Source: Anaerolineae bacterium (GTDB lineage: Bacteria > Chloroflexota > Anaerolineae > B4-G1 > SLSP01). From it: a DNA stretch of 50,341 bases. The stretch is taken from positions 1 to 50,341 of the forward strand of contig DAOUAY010000060.1 in assembly GCA_034432995.1 (NCBI GenBank), given 5' to 3'. The position numbers were made by a program, and so were the translations under genes. Below, piece after piece: positions 9,995 to 20,324 of the stretch; position 1 is the stretch's first letter, and every line of letters begins with the position of its first letter. The notes under the pieces are model-generated. The model was given only the letters and a program-made list of their open reading frames with translations. It ran no database searches and was not told the DNA's origin.

Positions 9995-10675
9995 TCACCC
10001 CAGAAACTTGCGATAATCTAGTGTGTAGTCCAGATTGGCTTCACGCTGACCGATCGGCCTGGCCGGCACGCCGGCCACGATGGCGAAAGGCGCAACGTCA
10101 CGGGTCACAACCGCACCAGCGCCTATGATGGCACCCTCCCCGATGGTGATGCCGGGCAGCACCAGCGCCCGCGCGCCTACAAACACGCGATCGCCGATTC
10201 GCACAGGAGCACCCCGCTCCGCGAAAGTCGAGCTGTGCGGGTCGTGCTCCAACGTCAAAATAGCTACCCCCTCCGAAATGCTGACGTTGTTGCCGATCTG
10301 GATGCCCGTCCGCCCATCCAACAGCACGTCCCGATTGATCACCGTATGCTGGCCCAGTTGCACACCGGCAGGTCGATAAAACCGGCAATAGCGATGAATG
10401 TTGGTGCCGGGTCCGATCTTCATCTGCAGAACGTATCGGTAGATGAACAGCCGGAAACCGTGTGAGGGTACCCACCCCGTTGACTCTGCCAGAAAGTCGC
10501 GGAAGTCATACCACAACCAATAGAACCGGTTGAGCATGCGTCTTATCCCATAGGGCAATCGCTTTCGTAGACCAGGCGGCACAAAACCGGCAAGCCGCTG
10601 ATAATCATGCGCGATCTCGCTTAACTGCACGTCAGGTTGTTTTGCGTCCATAGTTCTCACTGGTAGCGTGTACAT
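9995..10675 (-). CDS. Left-handed beta-helix (hexapeptide) sugar O-acetyltransferase, WcaF-like
   Basis: Hexapeptide repeats IQIGNNVSISEGVAILT...IGDRVFVGARALVLPGITIGEGAIIGAGAVVTRDV. ATG at 10675 overlaps the upstream stop (TGATG). An alternative ATG is at 10651. Confidence 0.8.
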   Translation of the reverse strand: MYTLPVRTMDAKQPDVQLSEIAHDYQRLAGFVPPGLRKRLPYGIRRMLNRFYWLWYDFRDFLAESTGWVPSHGFRLFIYRYVLQMKIGPGTNIHRYCRFYRPAGVQLGQHTVINRDVLLDGRTGIQIGNNVSISEGVAILTLEHDPHSSTFAERGAPVRIGDRVFVGARALVLPGITIGEGAIIGAGAVVTRDVAPFAIVAGVPARPIGQREANLDYTLDYRKFLG

Positions 10676-11859
10676 CAGGCCGACGCCAGGACTTTGGTAA
10701 AGACTGCCAGTAACTGCGCGATATGCGACTGCGCGTTCCACTCCGCTACCGCTTTGCGGCGCGCGTGCTGGCTCATCTGATGGCACAAATCAGGAGAACC
10801 TAACAAGCGCTCAAGCGAACGGGCAAAGCCGATCACGTCGCCACTCTCGACCAGGTACCCCGAAACACCATCTTCGAGCCAGGTGGTGACGCCGCCAACC
10901 GCAAAGGCCACTACCGGACGGCCTTGAAGGAACGCCTCAGGGCCGAGGCGGCCAAATGGCTCCGGCCACAACGAGGGCACCGCCACACACGCACAGGCTT
11001 GCAGGTTGGCGCGCATCTCAGCAGGACTCAACCAACCCAAAAAGCGCACACGGTCGGCCATGCCCAGTTGTTTCGCCAGCATCTCACAACTTTGACGTTC
11101 TGGACCGTCGCCGGCAACCACGAGCTGCCAGTCGCACGCCACCCTAGACAGCGCCTGGATCAAGTACGCCAATCCTTTTTCCGGCGTCAACCGCCCGGCA
11201 AACAGGACTGTGCGTGAATCCGTCGCCGGTGATAATGGCGGCAGCGGCTCAGTGTTGAGCACAGGTGAAAGCAGCGAAAGCTTCTCCGGTGCAATCCCAC
11301 CTCGCTGGAGCAAGTTCACCATAAAGCGGCTACCCACGAAGACATGCCTGACATGACGGTACGCGGATGCAAAGGCGCGCACGCGACGGAGCAAATGCGC
11401 GTGGCGCAAAGGATTGCGTCCCCAACAACAGTCTTCGATCTGCGCGTTGAACAAACAGACCAGCCCGGCTGTGTGGGGACACACTTTTGCCCGGCGGCGC
11501 AGATATTGGGCCGATCCAGGACAGACAAGGTAAGGGCCATGCACATAGGCCACTGTGGGCAAACGCTGCGCAATCCATTCGACGATGCCTGGATGATACA
11601 CCGCGTGAATATACGCGACATCGGGGCGAAAACGGGCGATCACCCCAGCGAGCGTCTGTTGCGCTTGTGCGGATACCTTTGGCCACTCCGGCAGAAACGC
11701 ATAAGTTGTATCGTTGAGCAACGTTCCGGCGTCATCCGGTTCGAAGTAGACCAGGTGCGAAGCGTGCCCCGCTGCCTGCAAAGCGGCGGCTACTTCCGCG
11801 ATGTATCCTTCTACGCCGCCAACATGGGATCCTGCCAGGTTCAGGTGCAAAATGTTCAT
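10675..11859 (-). CDS. Glycosyltransferase family 4
   Basis: 394 aa. MNILHLNLAGSHVGGVEGY N-terminus and PSLWPEPFGRLGPEAFLQGRPVVAFAVGGVTTWLEDGVSGYLV. ATGA overlap with the upstream gene. Confidence 0.8.
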   Translation of the reverse strand: MNILHLNLAGSHVGGVEGYIAEVAAALQAAGHASHLVYFEPDDAGTLLNDTTYAFLPEWPKVSAQAQQTLAGVIARFRPDVAYIHAVYHPGIVEWIAQRLPTVAYVHGPYLVCPGSAQYLRRRAKVCPHTAGLVCLFNAQIEDCCWGRNPLRHAHLLRRVRAFASAYRHVRHVFVGSRFMVNLLQRGGIAPEKLSLLSPVLNTEPLPPLSPATDSRTVLFAGRLTPEKGLAYLIQALSRVACDWQLVVAGDGPERQSCEMLAKQLGMADRVRFLGWLSPAEMRANLQACACVAVPSLWPEPFGRLGPEAFLQGRPVVAFAVGGVTTWLEDGVSGYLVESGDVIGFARSLERLLGSPDLCHQMSQHARRKAVAEWNAQSHIAQLLAVFTKVLASA

Positions 11860-13094
11860 CGGATTATCGATCCGAGCCAGATTTCGATGTTGTCCACCAT
11901 GCGATCCAGCGTAAAGCGTTGCAGCACCGTCTGCTGACCGGCTCGCGCCAATCTGTGTCGCTGCGTAGGCGCATTCAGGAGATACCGCACGTGGTCAGCT
12001 AGGCGGGCGGCGTCGCCGGCGGTAAAGGTGAGCGCGTTTTCTTCGTTGACCAGCATCTCCACCTGCCCACCCACCTCGGAGCCGATGACCAACAACCCCG
12101 CTGCCATCGCCTCCATCACGGTGCGCGCCATCGCCTCTGGCCCGGTAGAGGTGAACAAGAACACGTCATACGCCTGCAACATCGCCGGTACGTCCGCTCG
12201 CGCTATCCAATCCTGGAAGCGCACGCGGTCTTGCAGATTCAGTTCGGCCACCTGAGCGTGCAAGTCGGCCACGTAGTCAGGATGCCCGCGTCCCAGGATC
12301 GTCAGTTCGACGCGCCCGGCCAATCCCTGCTGCGCGAGCAATCCCAGCGCCTCAATGGCCACGTGAACGCCCTTGATAGGCACCAGGCTGCCGAAATAGA
12401 GCAGTCGCAACGGCCGGCCTTGCAATTCCGCGCTCGTGTTGGGAGCAAAGAGAAAGGGGGCCGGATCGATGCCATTGTACAGCACATCCGCCGTAGCCGG
12501 GATCGCCTGCGCGGCGACCAGTTTGTCTCGCATATAGCGACTGACGCACATTGTATGGACGAAGGCGAGGTGCGGCGGATAGCCCTCACGCCGCAGCCGG
12601 GCAAGCGCCAGAGCACGCAATGGACGCTTCAGAACCTCGGTCAATCTGCGCGTTGCTGGGAGACGCCAGTACTCGGCGTGCGCGTCCGGATCCATAGGCC
12701 ACGTGCTGGCGATGTAATAGGCCACGCGGCCAGGCAGCCACTGCTCCGCCCAATAGGGGAGGCGGCGGGACAGGTTCCACATGTTCCAGACGACGAACAC
12801 ATCCGGCCGGACCGCCTCGATCGCTTGGCGCAGGGCTTGCTCATTCGCCGATTCTTGAGCGCGCCGCGCGAGAAAGAACGCGCGCATACTGTAGTAGTGA
12901 ATGTCGGCTTCCAGGAAGAGCGAGCGGATGACGCCGTCTTCAGCAGCTCCCGCCGATTCCGCGCCAGCGCGGCTGGTCAGCGCCGCGACCTGATGCCCCC
13001 GTGCCTGCAAGCGTATGGCGACCTCGGCCGTGAGTTGCTCCATGCCGCCCAGCTCGTGAGGTGGATAAAAGTTCGATAGAAACAGCAGATGCAT
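11856..13094 (-). CDS. Glycosyltransferase family 4
   Basis: 412 aa. MHLLFLSNFYPPHELGGMEQ, and FLFTSTGPEAMARTVMEAMAAGLLVIGSEVGGQVEMLVNEENALTF. Confidence 0.8.
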   Translation of the reverse strand: MHLLFLSNFYPPHELGGMEQLTAEVAIRLQARGHQVAALTSRAGAESAGAAEDGVIRSLFLEADIHYYSMRAFFLARRAQESANEQALRQAIEAVRPDVFVVWNMWNLSRRLPYWAEQWLPGRVAYYIASTWPMDPDAHAEYWRLPATRRLTEVLKRPLRALALARLRREGYPPHLAFVHTMCVSRYMRDKLVAAQAIPATADVLYNGIDPAPFLFAPNTSAELQGRPLRLLYFGSLVPIKGVHVAIEALGLLAQQGLAGRVELTILGRGHPDYVADLHAQVAELNLQDRVRFQDWIARADVPAMLQAYDVFLFTSTGPEAMARTVMEAMAAGLLVIGSEVGGQVEMLVNEENALTFTAGDAARLADHVRYLLNAPTQRHRLARAGQQTVLQRFTLDRMVDNIEIWLGSIIR

Positions 13095-13103
13095 CTCGGC
13101 CCT

Positions 13104-14108
13104 CTAGACGAGTCCCTCGCGCAGGACGAAGAAGGATTCCAACTCGCGCGCGAACTGCTCGCCGTCCCAATTGACTACCGCCCAGCGGCACAGACGAAAC
13201 GGGTCCGCGCCGGCCTCGACACAACCGGGGATCGTGGTTACTGCGCCCCGCATCCCTAGTTGCCTCACAATATCTACAGTATCGTCTTCCCAATCCGCCG
13301 CACGGCCATACGGATATGCAAACATATCGATCGGCCGGCCGAGGATCGCCTCAAGTTGGCGGCATCCCTCGGCTATTTCACGGCGCTGCGCCTCGACGCT
13401 CAGTTTAGACAGCGTCGGATGGTTCACAGTATGCCCACCGACCTCGATGAGTCCGTCACTGACCATATCGACCATTTCGGCGCTGGTCATCACCCGATGC
13501 GTAGGTCTGCCGGAGTCACCTACACCCGCCCAGGTCATTAACGCTTCCAGAATTCCAGCTCGCGTTTGCGTATCTTGTTGCGCGATCAGCGTGTATAGCG
13601 CCCGATGCGTGGTTGTTCGTTGACCAAGCGTACCGGTATCCCAGGCATAGTTCTGACCATTCAGGCGCAGGTGAAGCTCAGGCGGAACCTGTGACGGCAT
13701 CAGCACAACGCGCTCAAGCTCATCCCACCAGAACTCGCATTGGCTATCGACGTGCCCACTGACCACAAATACGGTCGCCGGTACATCGGCAGCGTGCAGC
13801 AAGGGACGGGCTTCACTGTAGTTATCGTAGTAGCCATCATCGAAGGTCACGGCCACGGCCCGGTCCGGTAGGGAGTCTGTATTAAGCGCATCGATCAGCT
13901 TGGGCAACGGCATCGGCGTGCAACACCGGCGTAGGATTTGCATGTGCTCGGCGAAATACGCCGGCGACACGGCCAGATTATAGGTGTCGGGGACAAGGTC
14001 GATCACGCGATGATACATCAAAATGACGCCGCCCGGCTTGAACCAGCGCCGGATCGCGCCGAGCGTCTTCAAGACGCGCCCTCTACCCCGCATCGTTCGC
14101 CGCTCCAT
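13104..14108 (-). CDS. Polysaccharide deacetylase (CE4/NodB-type)
   Basis: VAVTFDDGYYDNY (Asp-Asp motif) and GGHTVNHPTLS (His motif) are NodB-homology signatures. An alternative ATG is at 14093. Confidence 0.8.
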   Translation of the reverse strand: MERRTMRGRGRVLKTLGAIRRWFKPGGVILMYHRVIDLVPDTYNLAVSPAYFAEHMQILRRCCTPMPLPKLIDALNTDSLPDRAVAVTFDDGYYDNYSEARPLLHAADVPATVFVVSGHVDSQCEFWWDELERVVLMPSQVPPELHLRLNGQNYAWDTGTLGQRTTTHRALYTLIAQQDTQTRAGILEALMTWAGVGDSGRPTHRVMTSAEMVDMVSDGLIEVGGHTVNHPTLSKLSVEAQRREIAEGCRQLEAILGRPIDMFAYPYGRAADWEDDTVDIVRQLGMRGAVTTIPGCVEAGADPFRLCRWAVVNWDGEQFARELESFFVLREGLV

Positions 14109-15345
14109 GCGAGGATTGCGCGGTCTGGCCTGTGCGGCGCTGGTGATAGCAGCTCAGGGCATCCAACAGCCGCCGCCCCAGAAAGGATTTGACGTACCGC
14201 GACGCCAGTTGGCGATCTGTTAGCAGCGACCGGTCTTCTTTGACGGCTCTCGCCATGTACCACCGGCTCTGTCTCATCCACCCGTCGCCATAGGCGAACA
14301 TCCCCAAGGCCAGATAGGCGTGCGCGTAAGCGGCGCGCTTGAGGTCGCGTAAATCCGGCGGCGTGTCCGGTGAGTCGAAAAGGACCCGCACCGTTTCCAG
14401 GACCACGCGCTCGCTCTCCTCAAGGTTGTGCGAGTGGAAATCGCCGCGATAACCGCGCGGCTGGTAGCCGCAGGCAAGCTCGTAGAAAAAATCGAGCCGG
14501 CGCGCGTATTCGGGATAGTAGTGCAGCGCCTGCCGCAATCGCTCCTGGCCAAGTGCGACGTTCTGGCTTTCCAGATGTGCGAGACCGGTGATTCGGTAAG
14601 CGCCGCCATAAGCGCGCCGGCGCACATCTGGCCATGTGGCCGGATCGCCCTCTGCCGGTCCAAAGAGCCTGGCGATAGCTTTGATCTTATCGTGCAACAT
14701 ATGTTCGGTATTCGCGGAGAGACCGCCGCCATGGACACGATAGAGTGCCACAATATCTGGAATACCCACAAAGTCATACTGACGAGCTATCCGCAGCCAC
14801 AATTCCCAATCGTCATTACCCCGCAGCGAAGGGTCCAACGGACCGACAGCATCCAACACGGTCTTGCGCACGGTGACGACCAACGGCGGGAACCAGCCCC
14901 CTTCCACCAACGTGTCGTACATCCTTTCCGGAGCAACGACTCGGCACGTAACCTGGGGCAGATAGTTGCCCTCACTGTCGATCGCCTGGTAAGCGGCATA
15001 GAGGGCGCCTGCCTCTGGGTGTGGTTGCAGAATCGCCAGAGCTGTTTCCAAGCGATCGGGCAGCCAGAGATCGTCATCGTCCAGGAAGCAGACGTACCCC
15101 CCGCGCGCGTGCGCGATGCCGGTATTGCGCGCGCCCCCCTGCCCCTGGTTTTCCTGATAGATGTAACGCACACGGGGATCGTCGAAACTGGCGACGACCT
15201 CCCGTGTGCGATCTGTCGAGCCATCGTCCACGACAATCAATTCCAGGTTTTGCCACGACTGCGCCAGGACGCTCGAAATGGCTTGAGCGATATAGCCGGC
15301 ATGGTTATATGCCGCCATGATGACACTCGCTGTAGGATTCGTCAA
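14083..15345 (-). CDS. Glycosyltransferase family 2 with helical (TPR-like) C-terminal extension
   Basis: TTG start at 15345 with GAGGTG 5 nt upstream. SVIMAAYNHAGYIAQAISSVLAQSWQNLELIVVDDGSTD and the FLDDDD (DXD) motif. Confidence 0.8.
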   Translation of the reverse strand: MTNPTASVIMAAYNHAGYIAQAISSVLAQSWQNLELIVVDDGSTDRTREVVASFDDPRVRYIYQENQGQGGARNTGIAHARGGYVCFLDDDDLWLPDRLETALAILQPHPEAGALYAAYQAIDSEGNYLPQVTCRVVAPERMYDTLVEGGWFPPLVVTVRKTVLDAVGPLDPSLRGNDDWELWLRIARQYDFVGIPDIVALYRVHGGGLSANTEHMLHDKIKAIARLFGPAEGDPATWPDVRRRAYGGAYRITGLAHLESQNVALGQERLRQALHYYPEYARRLDFFYELACGYQPRGYRGDFHSHNLEESERVVLETVRVLFDSPDTPPDLRDLKRAAYAHAYLALGMFAYGDGWMRQSRWYMARAVKEDRSLLTDRQLASRYVKSFLGRRLLDALSCYHQRRTGQTAQSSHGAANDAG

Positions 15346-15370
15346 TGCATCACCTCAGAAGTACACAGAT

Positions 15371-16840
15371 TCACCCTTGCCGCATCCTGCGCCACGCAAA
15401 CGTTGCCAAGATCAGAATAAAGGCCAATACGGTGGGGAGCAGGAATGGCGCTGCCACACTCTCGGTTATCTGCGGCGGCCCAACGTCGATTGCGGGGATA
15501 GCATTCGTAGCCAACCCCGGTGTTTGTGGCGTGGGAGAGGCTGCGGGCATCAAGGTGTCGGCGGGCAATGCGGCAATGGATGGCGGAATCGAGCTACGAT
15601 CGAGGTGTGGCGCATCGACATCCTTGTGCGCATACCAGACCGTCGTATCCACCTCCAAACGGTTATCGTACACCACGTGGAGCCGGTTTCCCTGGCAGAC
15701 GACCATACGCTGGCCGTGTGGGTCCATATGGCGATTCTCGATGCGTTCATGAGCCGACCATTGCGCGCCGTCGAAAGTAGACACAAAGACCCCACTGTTA
15801 ACGCTGGTTACGGCGCGCAGGACGCCGGCGCTGTCTTTCGCCAGGAAGTTGAGGCCTCCAAAACCGGCATCCAGGCGGATGATTTCGACGGGATTGCTCC
15901 AGGTAACACCACCATCAGTAGACCACATGTGCATCCGGCGCGGGTTATGCCAGGTAAGATGCACCTCGTCTTTACCGAAGGCGAAAGGGGCGATGTCTGA
16001 GATCAAGGGCATCGTTTCACTTTGTTTGGCGATTGCCCGGTACGGCGCCCAGGTCTGCCCGGTATCCGGCGAGCGCAGATAGCCTACCTCGAAGTAGAGG
16101 CCATACACCTGCGACCGTTGGGTGATTCCAATATGTATCCGGCCTGCATCATCGATAATGGCGCTGGACAACAGGTAGGAAGGCTCTATTGTCGCAATCT
16201 CATAGATAGGTGTTGGGTCACTCCATGTTAAGCCACCATCGACCGATTGCAGTTGATAAACCGCGGATCGATATCCCTCAGCCTCAAAGGAGGCATAGAA
16301 GAGATAAAGTGTGCCAGATTTGTCCACATCGATCCGCACTGACCCTGCTTGAGCAATGAGCAACCGAGGCGTATCCCAGGCTCTTACATTCGCCGCATCT
16401 GCGAGCGGGGCGCGGCTATAATAGACGCTTCCTTGTACATCACGATCTGTCCATACCAGATGGACAACACCGTCTGGTGCGGTGACAGCAACCGACAAAT
16501 TGACCGCCAACTCATCGGATGTGGCCAGTACATCGACCGGGGCCGACAGGCTGCCGTCCTTATCCGTCCGGTAGTAAATTTCAGCTCCCCCCTCATGCCC
16601 TTTACCCCAGAAAATGTGCAGGTTCTGAAAGGCATCGCAGAACAACACCCCATTGCGATCTTTGCCCTCAGTCATGGGATAGGCAATGTCCACCGGACCG
16701 GTCCATCCAGGCGCGATACCTTGAGCGTACACCCGCTCATGCGCTGCCAGACCGGCGGACGCCAAAAACAGTAAGCACAGCACAATCTGGGCAGCCATTC
16801 TCGCTGTTATGTGCTTCATCTGATGCTCTCGCTTAGCCAT
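15371..16840 (-). CDS. BNR/Asp-box beta-propeller protein (sialidase-like fold), signal peptide plus C-terminal TM anchor
   Basis: Asp-boxes SVDGGLTWSDP, SPDTGQTWAPY and STDGGVTWSNP. N-terminal signal AAQIVLCLLFLASAGLAA. Pro-rich stalk, then LLPTVLAFILILATFAWRRMRQG at the C-terminus. No FRIP motif seen. Confidence 0.75.
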   Translation of the reverse strand: MAKREHQMKHITARMAAQIVLCLLFLASAGLAAHERVYAQGIAPGWTGPVDIAYPMTEGKDRNGVLFCDAFQNLHIFWGKGHEGGAEIYYRTDKDGSLSAPVDVLATSDELAVNLSVAVTAPDGVVHLVWTDRDVQGSVYYSRAPLADAANVRAWDTPRLLIAQAGSVRIDVDKSGTLYLFYASFEAEGYRSAVYQLQSVDGGLTWSDPTPIYEIATIEPSYLLSSAIIDDAGRIHIGITQRSQVYGLYFEVGYLRSPDTGQTWAPYRAIAKQSETMPLISDIAPFAFGKDEVHLTWHNPRRMHMWSTDGGVTWSNPVEIIRLDAGFGGLNFLAKDSAGVLRAVTSVNSGVFVSTFDGAQWSAHERIENRHMDPHGQRMVVCQGNRLHVVYDNRLEVDTTVWYAHKDVDAPHLDRSSIPPSIAALPADTLMPAASPTPQTPGLATNAIPAIDVGPPQITESVAAPFLLPTVLAFILILATFAWRRMRQG

Positions 16841-16916
16841 TAATCTCCATCTCCCAAATCATACACACAAAATCCTGTCATAGCTGATGTCATCGTCGGG
16901 AACGCAAAATCAAGTC

Positions 16917-18065
16917 TTAGTAAGATGGAGGGTTGCCCCGTAAGTACGCCACCAGATTTCTACGGATCATAGACGCTCTTTCCCCGAAACAGGCCTCGAA
17001 CCAGAGCGAAAGGACGCCTTTGTTCCTGGCAATCGAGGGATCGAGGGCTAGAGCGCGCGTATAGCAGCGACGGGCAATCCGCATGTACCGCTTTTGGTAA
17101 GCGGTAAAGCCCAACGCTTCATAGCTTCTAGCTCGCGTCACCCGGCGGAAAGAAGGCGTAGCGTATCCGGCGCCATCCGCAGCAGCAAGCGCCGTTTTGA
17201 CAAAGTCCAGGCTGGATGCCAGGCCATCGGTTTCACTCGCCGCGTAGGTTGCCGCCGCTCCGGCTGCAATCGCTTTGCTCGCGCCGGTTCGTATGACATC
17301 CGCGTAGGCTGCGCCAAGATGCCGGTAAAAGTGCGCGTACATCGGGAACGTCACCTTGATCTTGGCCAGCGGGTTCTGCCACCACCAGACGCCTCCACCG
17401 TGCAGACGGTAAACACCCATCACCTCATTGATGTATCCGATGTCCCCATGCTGGGCAAACAACACGAAAAACGGCCAATCCATCGGTTGCTCAAGGTACC
17501 ATTCGGGCAACCCTCTGAACGCCCCAAGCCGGAGCATCACCGACGCCGTGGGGATGAAATTCAGGATCAAAAGATCTTCCAGGGTTGAAATTTCCTTCTG
17601 ATCCGCTGAACAGAACCGGTGCGATTCGCTCTGTCGATCCTCGGTCTGCACCATCACATCGTGGAAGCACATCGAGCACTCTGGATGCGCTTCCATGAAA
17701 TCTACCTGTTTCTGTAACTTGTATGGATCGGTCCAATAGTCGTCGCCTTCGCACGAAGCTATATATTTACCGCGCGCTCGCGGAAATTGAATGTGCGCTG
17801 TAATAGGAACACCCTTAGAGTATTGGTTTTCATGCTGGTAGATTGGCAATACCAGATTCGGATGCCGTTTCTCATATTCGCAGATGATCTCGGCGGTACC
17901 ATCGGTGGAGGCATCATCATGGACCAGAATCTCAAAAGGGAATGTGGTCTGCTGCATCACAAAACCTTCGAGCGCTTCACGGATGAAATGCACATGGTTG
18001 TAGGTGACGCAGTTAATGCTAACGAGCGGTACATCATGCATTGACATATCTCTCATAGAACACAT
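16917..18065 (-). CDS. Glycosyltransferase family 2 with helical C-terminal extension
   Basis: VSINCVTYNHVHFIREALEGF, ILVHDDASTDGT and CEGDDYW. Visibly AT-richer than neighbouring genes. Several in-frame ATGs (18065, 18056, 18047, 18041). Confidence 0.8.
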   Translation of the reverse strand: MCSMRDMSMHDVPLVSINCVTYNHVHFIREALEGFVMQQTTFPFEILVHDDASTDGTAEIICEYEKRHPNLVLPIYQHENQYSKGVPITAHIQFPRARGKYIASCEGDDYWTDPYKLQKQVDFMEAHPECSMCFHDVMVQTEDRQSESHRFCSADQKEISTLEDLLILNFIPTASVMLRLGAFRGLPEWYLEQPMDWPFFVLFAQHGDIGYINEVMGVYRLHGGGVWWWQNPLAKIKVTFPMYAHFYRHLGAAYADVIRTGASKAIAAGAAATYAASETDGLASSLDFVKTALAAADGAGYATPSFRRVTRARSYEALGFTAYQKRYMRIARRCYTRALALDPSIARNKGVLSLWFEACFGERASMIRRNLVAYLRGNPPSY

Positions 18066-18135
18066 CGGTAATAGTAGCGTAAACGACCGAATTATGAAAC
18101 AGCCTCATCCTGAAGCTCGCCCATGGTATAACCAC

Positions 18136-19218
18136 TCACACACGACGACGTACTACCAACACCGTTACGGCGAGAACACACAGCATCAGTAACACAGCGC
18201 CCAGTATAAACGAATCCGACTGCGCAGACCGACTCTGTAGCGTAACCGCTGTAGGCGAATCCGCCGTCGCACCGAGTGTGAACTCAGAACCCAAATCGCC
18301 AACATCCACAGTGAAAATCAGCTGATCGCCGGAAACGTTGGTGCTTCCGACGGTAACGACGGCAAAGTCATTGCTGCTGCCGGTGGCGCGTTTGAGCAAA
18401 ACGTAGGTGCCCGTTGTACTGAACGAACCCTGCCCTCCGGTATCGGAGATGTCGAAAGTCAACGTGACTTGACCGCCGTCGGCTGCCTCATCGTGGACAT
18501 CCAACTGCCAGACACGCGCCCAGCGTTTGCCGACACCACCGGGCAAATTGCTGGTCACATTGGCAAAAGCATTATTGTTGTGCCCAAATATAATCCCATC
18601 GCCGGGATCATTGAGGAACGTACTGTCCGCGATCTCCAACCCGCCGGATGAAGCCGGACCAGGGCGCCGAGTTGAGATAATAGCAGCAATATCGTTCTGA
18701 TAGGCCAGAATCAGGTCGCCATGCCAACTGGTCGTCACTTTGTAGGCCGGACTACCATTCTGGAAGTTGATCCAGCCCACGTTTTCTCCCCAAGCGTAAC
18801 CAGCGAAGTCGCCGGTCACCGGGTCCACGGTTACCCCACCGCCTGTCGGTCTAAAGTCGATCCAGCCCACATTGAATCCCCAGGCGTAGCCAGACAGGTT
18901 ACCGACACCGTCGTTATTGACGCCATAGTTGTGGGCGGCATTGTTGGCGTAGCTGCAGGGACTGCCACTTATGCAGGTACCCAGGCGAATCCAGCCAACA
19001 TTCTCGCCCCATGCGTACCCTTCGAGATGGTCAGAGTAGACGGTCACGCCACCATTGTCCGGCGCAAAACTGAGCCAACCTACGTTGATACCCCAGGCCC
19101 ACTTGTCCGTCGGGTCGATGTTACTGGCAGCGAGAACGGCCGTACCAGACACCAGAAATAGCATCAACCCCACTAATAGCGCGCGAAGCAGGTGTTGGGT
19201 GCGTATCTCAATTTTCAT
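18136..19218 (-). CDS. Surface protein with four [KG][WY]AWGxNxGW[IL]x[FL] repeats, C-terminal TM anchor (uncharacterised family)
   Basis: ATG at 19218 with GGAGGA upstream. Signal peptide LLVGLMLFLVSGTAVLAA. Repeats KWAWGINVGWLSF, GYAWGENVGWIRL, GYAWGFNVGWIDF and GYAWGENVGWINF. Ends PTAVTLQSRSAQSDSFILGAVLLMLCVLAVTVLVVRRRV. Confidence 0.8.
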   Translation of the reverse strand: MKIEIRTQHLLRALLVGLMLFLVSGTAVLAASNIDPTDKWAWGINVGWLSFAPDNGGVTVYSDHLEGYAWGENVGWIRLGTCISGSPCSYANNAAHNYGVNNDGVGNLSGYAWGFNVGWIDFRPTGGGVTVDPVTGDFAGYAWGENVGWINFQNGSPAYKVTTSWHGDLILAYQNDIAAIISTRRPGPASSGGLEIADSTFLNDPGDGIIFGHNNNAFANVTSNLPGGVGKRWARVWQLDVHDEAADGGQVTLTFDISDTGGQGSFSTTGTYVLLKRATGSSNDFAVVTVGSTNVSGDQLIFTVDVGDLGSEFTLGATADSPTAVTLQSRSAQSDSFILGAVLLMLCVLAVTVLVVRRRV

Positions 19219-19300
19219 TGTATATCCTCCATGCCTGGATAAAAAACACTGAAACGATCCTCACAGCAATCCAGAGCATTGACCCGCCAACGTCCAGGCA

Positions 19301-20278
19301 TCATTGACCACCACGTACCGGCCATACGTATAACCTATAATCCACCTCGCCGCCGTCGGCCGCATTCTTGCCAATGTGATGCACGCGGGCCCCCCACATA
19401 CTTACGAAATAGGCGTTATACCGGTACGTGACGTGAGTCGTACTCGTCCAGTACCATCGTGACCATACATTGACAAAGGGGTGGTTCAACGGCAATGACG
19501 GGTTCTCCTGCCCATAATCCATCAGGCTATGCAGTTCGCGCACATTGGGCAGCCGCCAGTCGGTTTGATAGCTGCCATTGTTGCTGGTATCGCCGCAATT
19601 ACGGGCAATACCATCCGTGCCGGTCATGGTACCGGTTGCATTCAGTTGTTTGACATTCAAAGTAGCCGTAAACCAAGTGCTGCCAGATTCAGTGCCCTGA
19701 CAATTGGCGTTCTTGAGCCAGATCAGCCCGGTCATGTTGTCCGTCACCGTACCATTCCCATTGTCGGTGAAGCGTGGCACAAGCATATCGATACCCATTT
19801 GCAGGTCTCCGTCTACACCTGCCGGACAATTCGCAGTTCCACATATACACGCAACAAACGGACTTACTGTGCGATAACAAGCAGTTTGTCCTGTCTTGGC
19901 TACGGGGAGATATGGACGCGTTCCTGTGATCACACCCCACGCGCCTTCGCTCAGACCCCAAACCACCGTGCCACTCACGACTTTGGTTTGCGTGGCAGCG
20001 TTCGTGTAAGTGACCGGCGCCACAGACATGATGTCGTCCAGAGATACCATCGTACTGGTTCCTGGCCCGCTGCTGGGTTCTGTAGGTCCGGCCATCCTTT
20101 CGCTTGCCGCCCCGGTCGTCAGCCGGTCGTAGATCTGTTGCAGGGTATACATCTGCGAAGCAGGGTCCATAGGGCCGCCGGGGGGTTCGAGATTCCCAGC
20201 CAACACTATAGCTCCGGCTGAGAATAAAACACCGATTACGAATCCGACAGCTATGCCGATTGTTAATCGATTACGCAT
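19301..20278 (-). CDS. DUF1566 (Lcl C-terminal / C-type-lectin-like) domain protein with N-terminal membrane anchor
   Basis: ATG at 20278 with AGGAGA 6 nt upstream (the longer ORF reaches 20320). N-terminus MRNRLTIGIAVGFVIGVLFSAGAIVLAG. Contains TVTDNMTGLIWLKNANC...DWRLPNVRELHSL...YWTSTTH, the classic DUF1566 pattern. Confidence 0.8.
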   Translation of the reverse strand: MRNRLTIGIAVGFVIGVLFSAGAIVLAGNLEPPGGPMDPASQMYTLQQIYDRLTTGAASERMAGPTEPSSGPGTSTMVSLDDIMSVAPVTYTNAATQTKVVSGTVVWGLSEGAWGVITGTRPYLPVAKTGQTACYRTVSPFVACICGTANCPAGVDGDLQMGIDMLVPRFTDNGNGTVTDNMTGLIWLKNANCQGTESGSTWFTATLNVKQLNATGTMTGTDGIARNCGDTSNNGSYQTDWRLPNVRELHSLMDYGQENPSLPLNHPFVNVWSRWYWTSTTHVTYRYNAYFVSMWGARVHHIGKNAADGGEVDYRLYVWPVRGGQ

Positions 20279-20324
20279 TGTAATTCTCCTTTGCTTAGCA
20301 GACCTTGATTGACAACGCAAAGCC

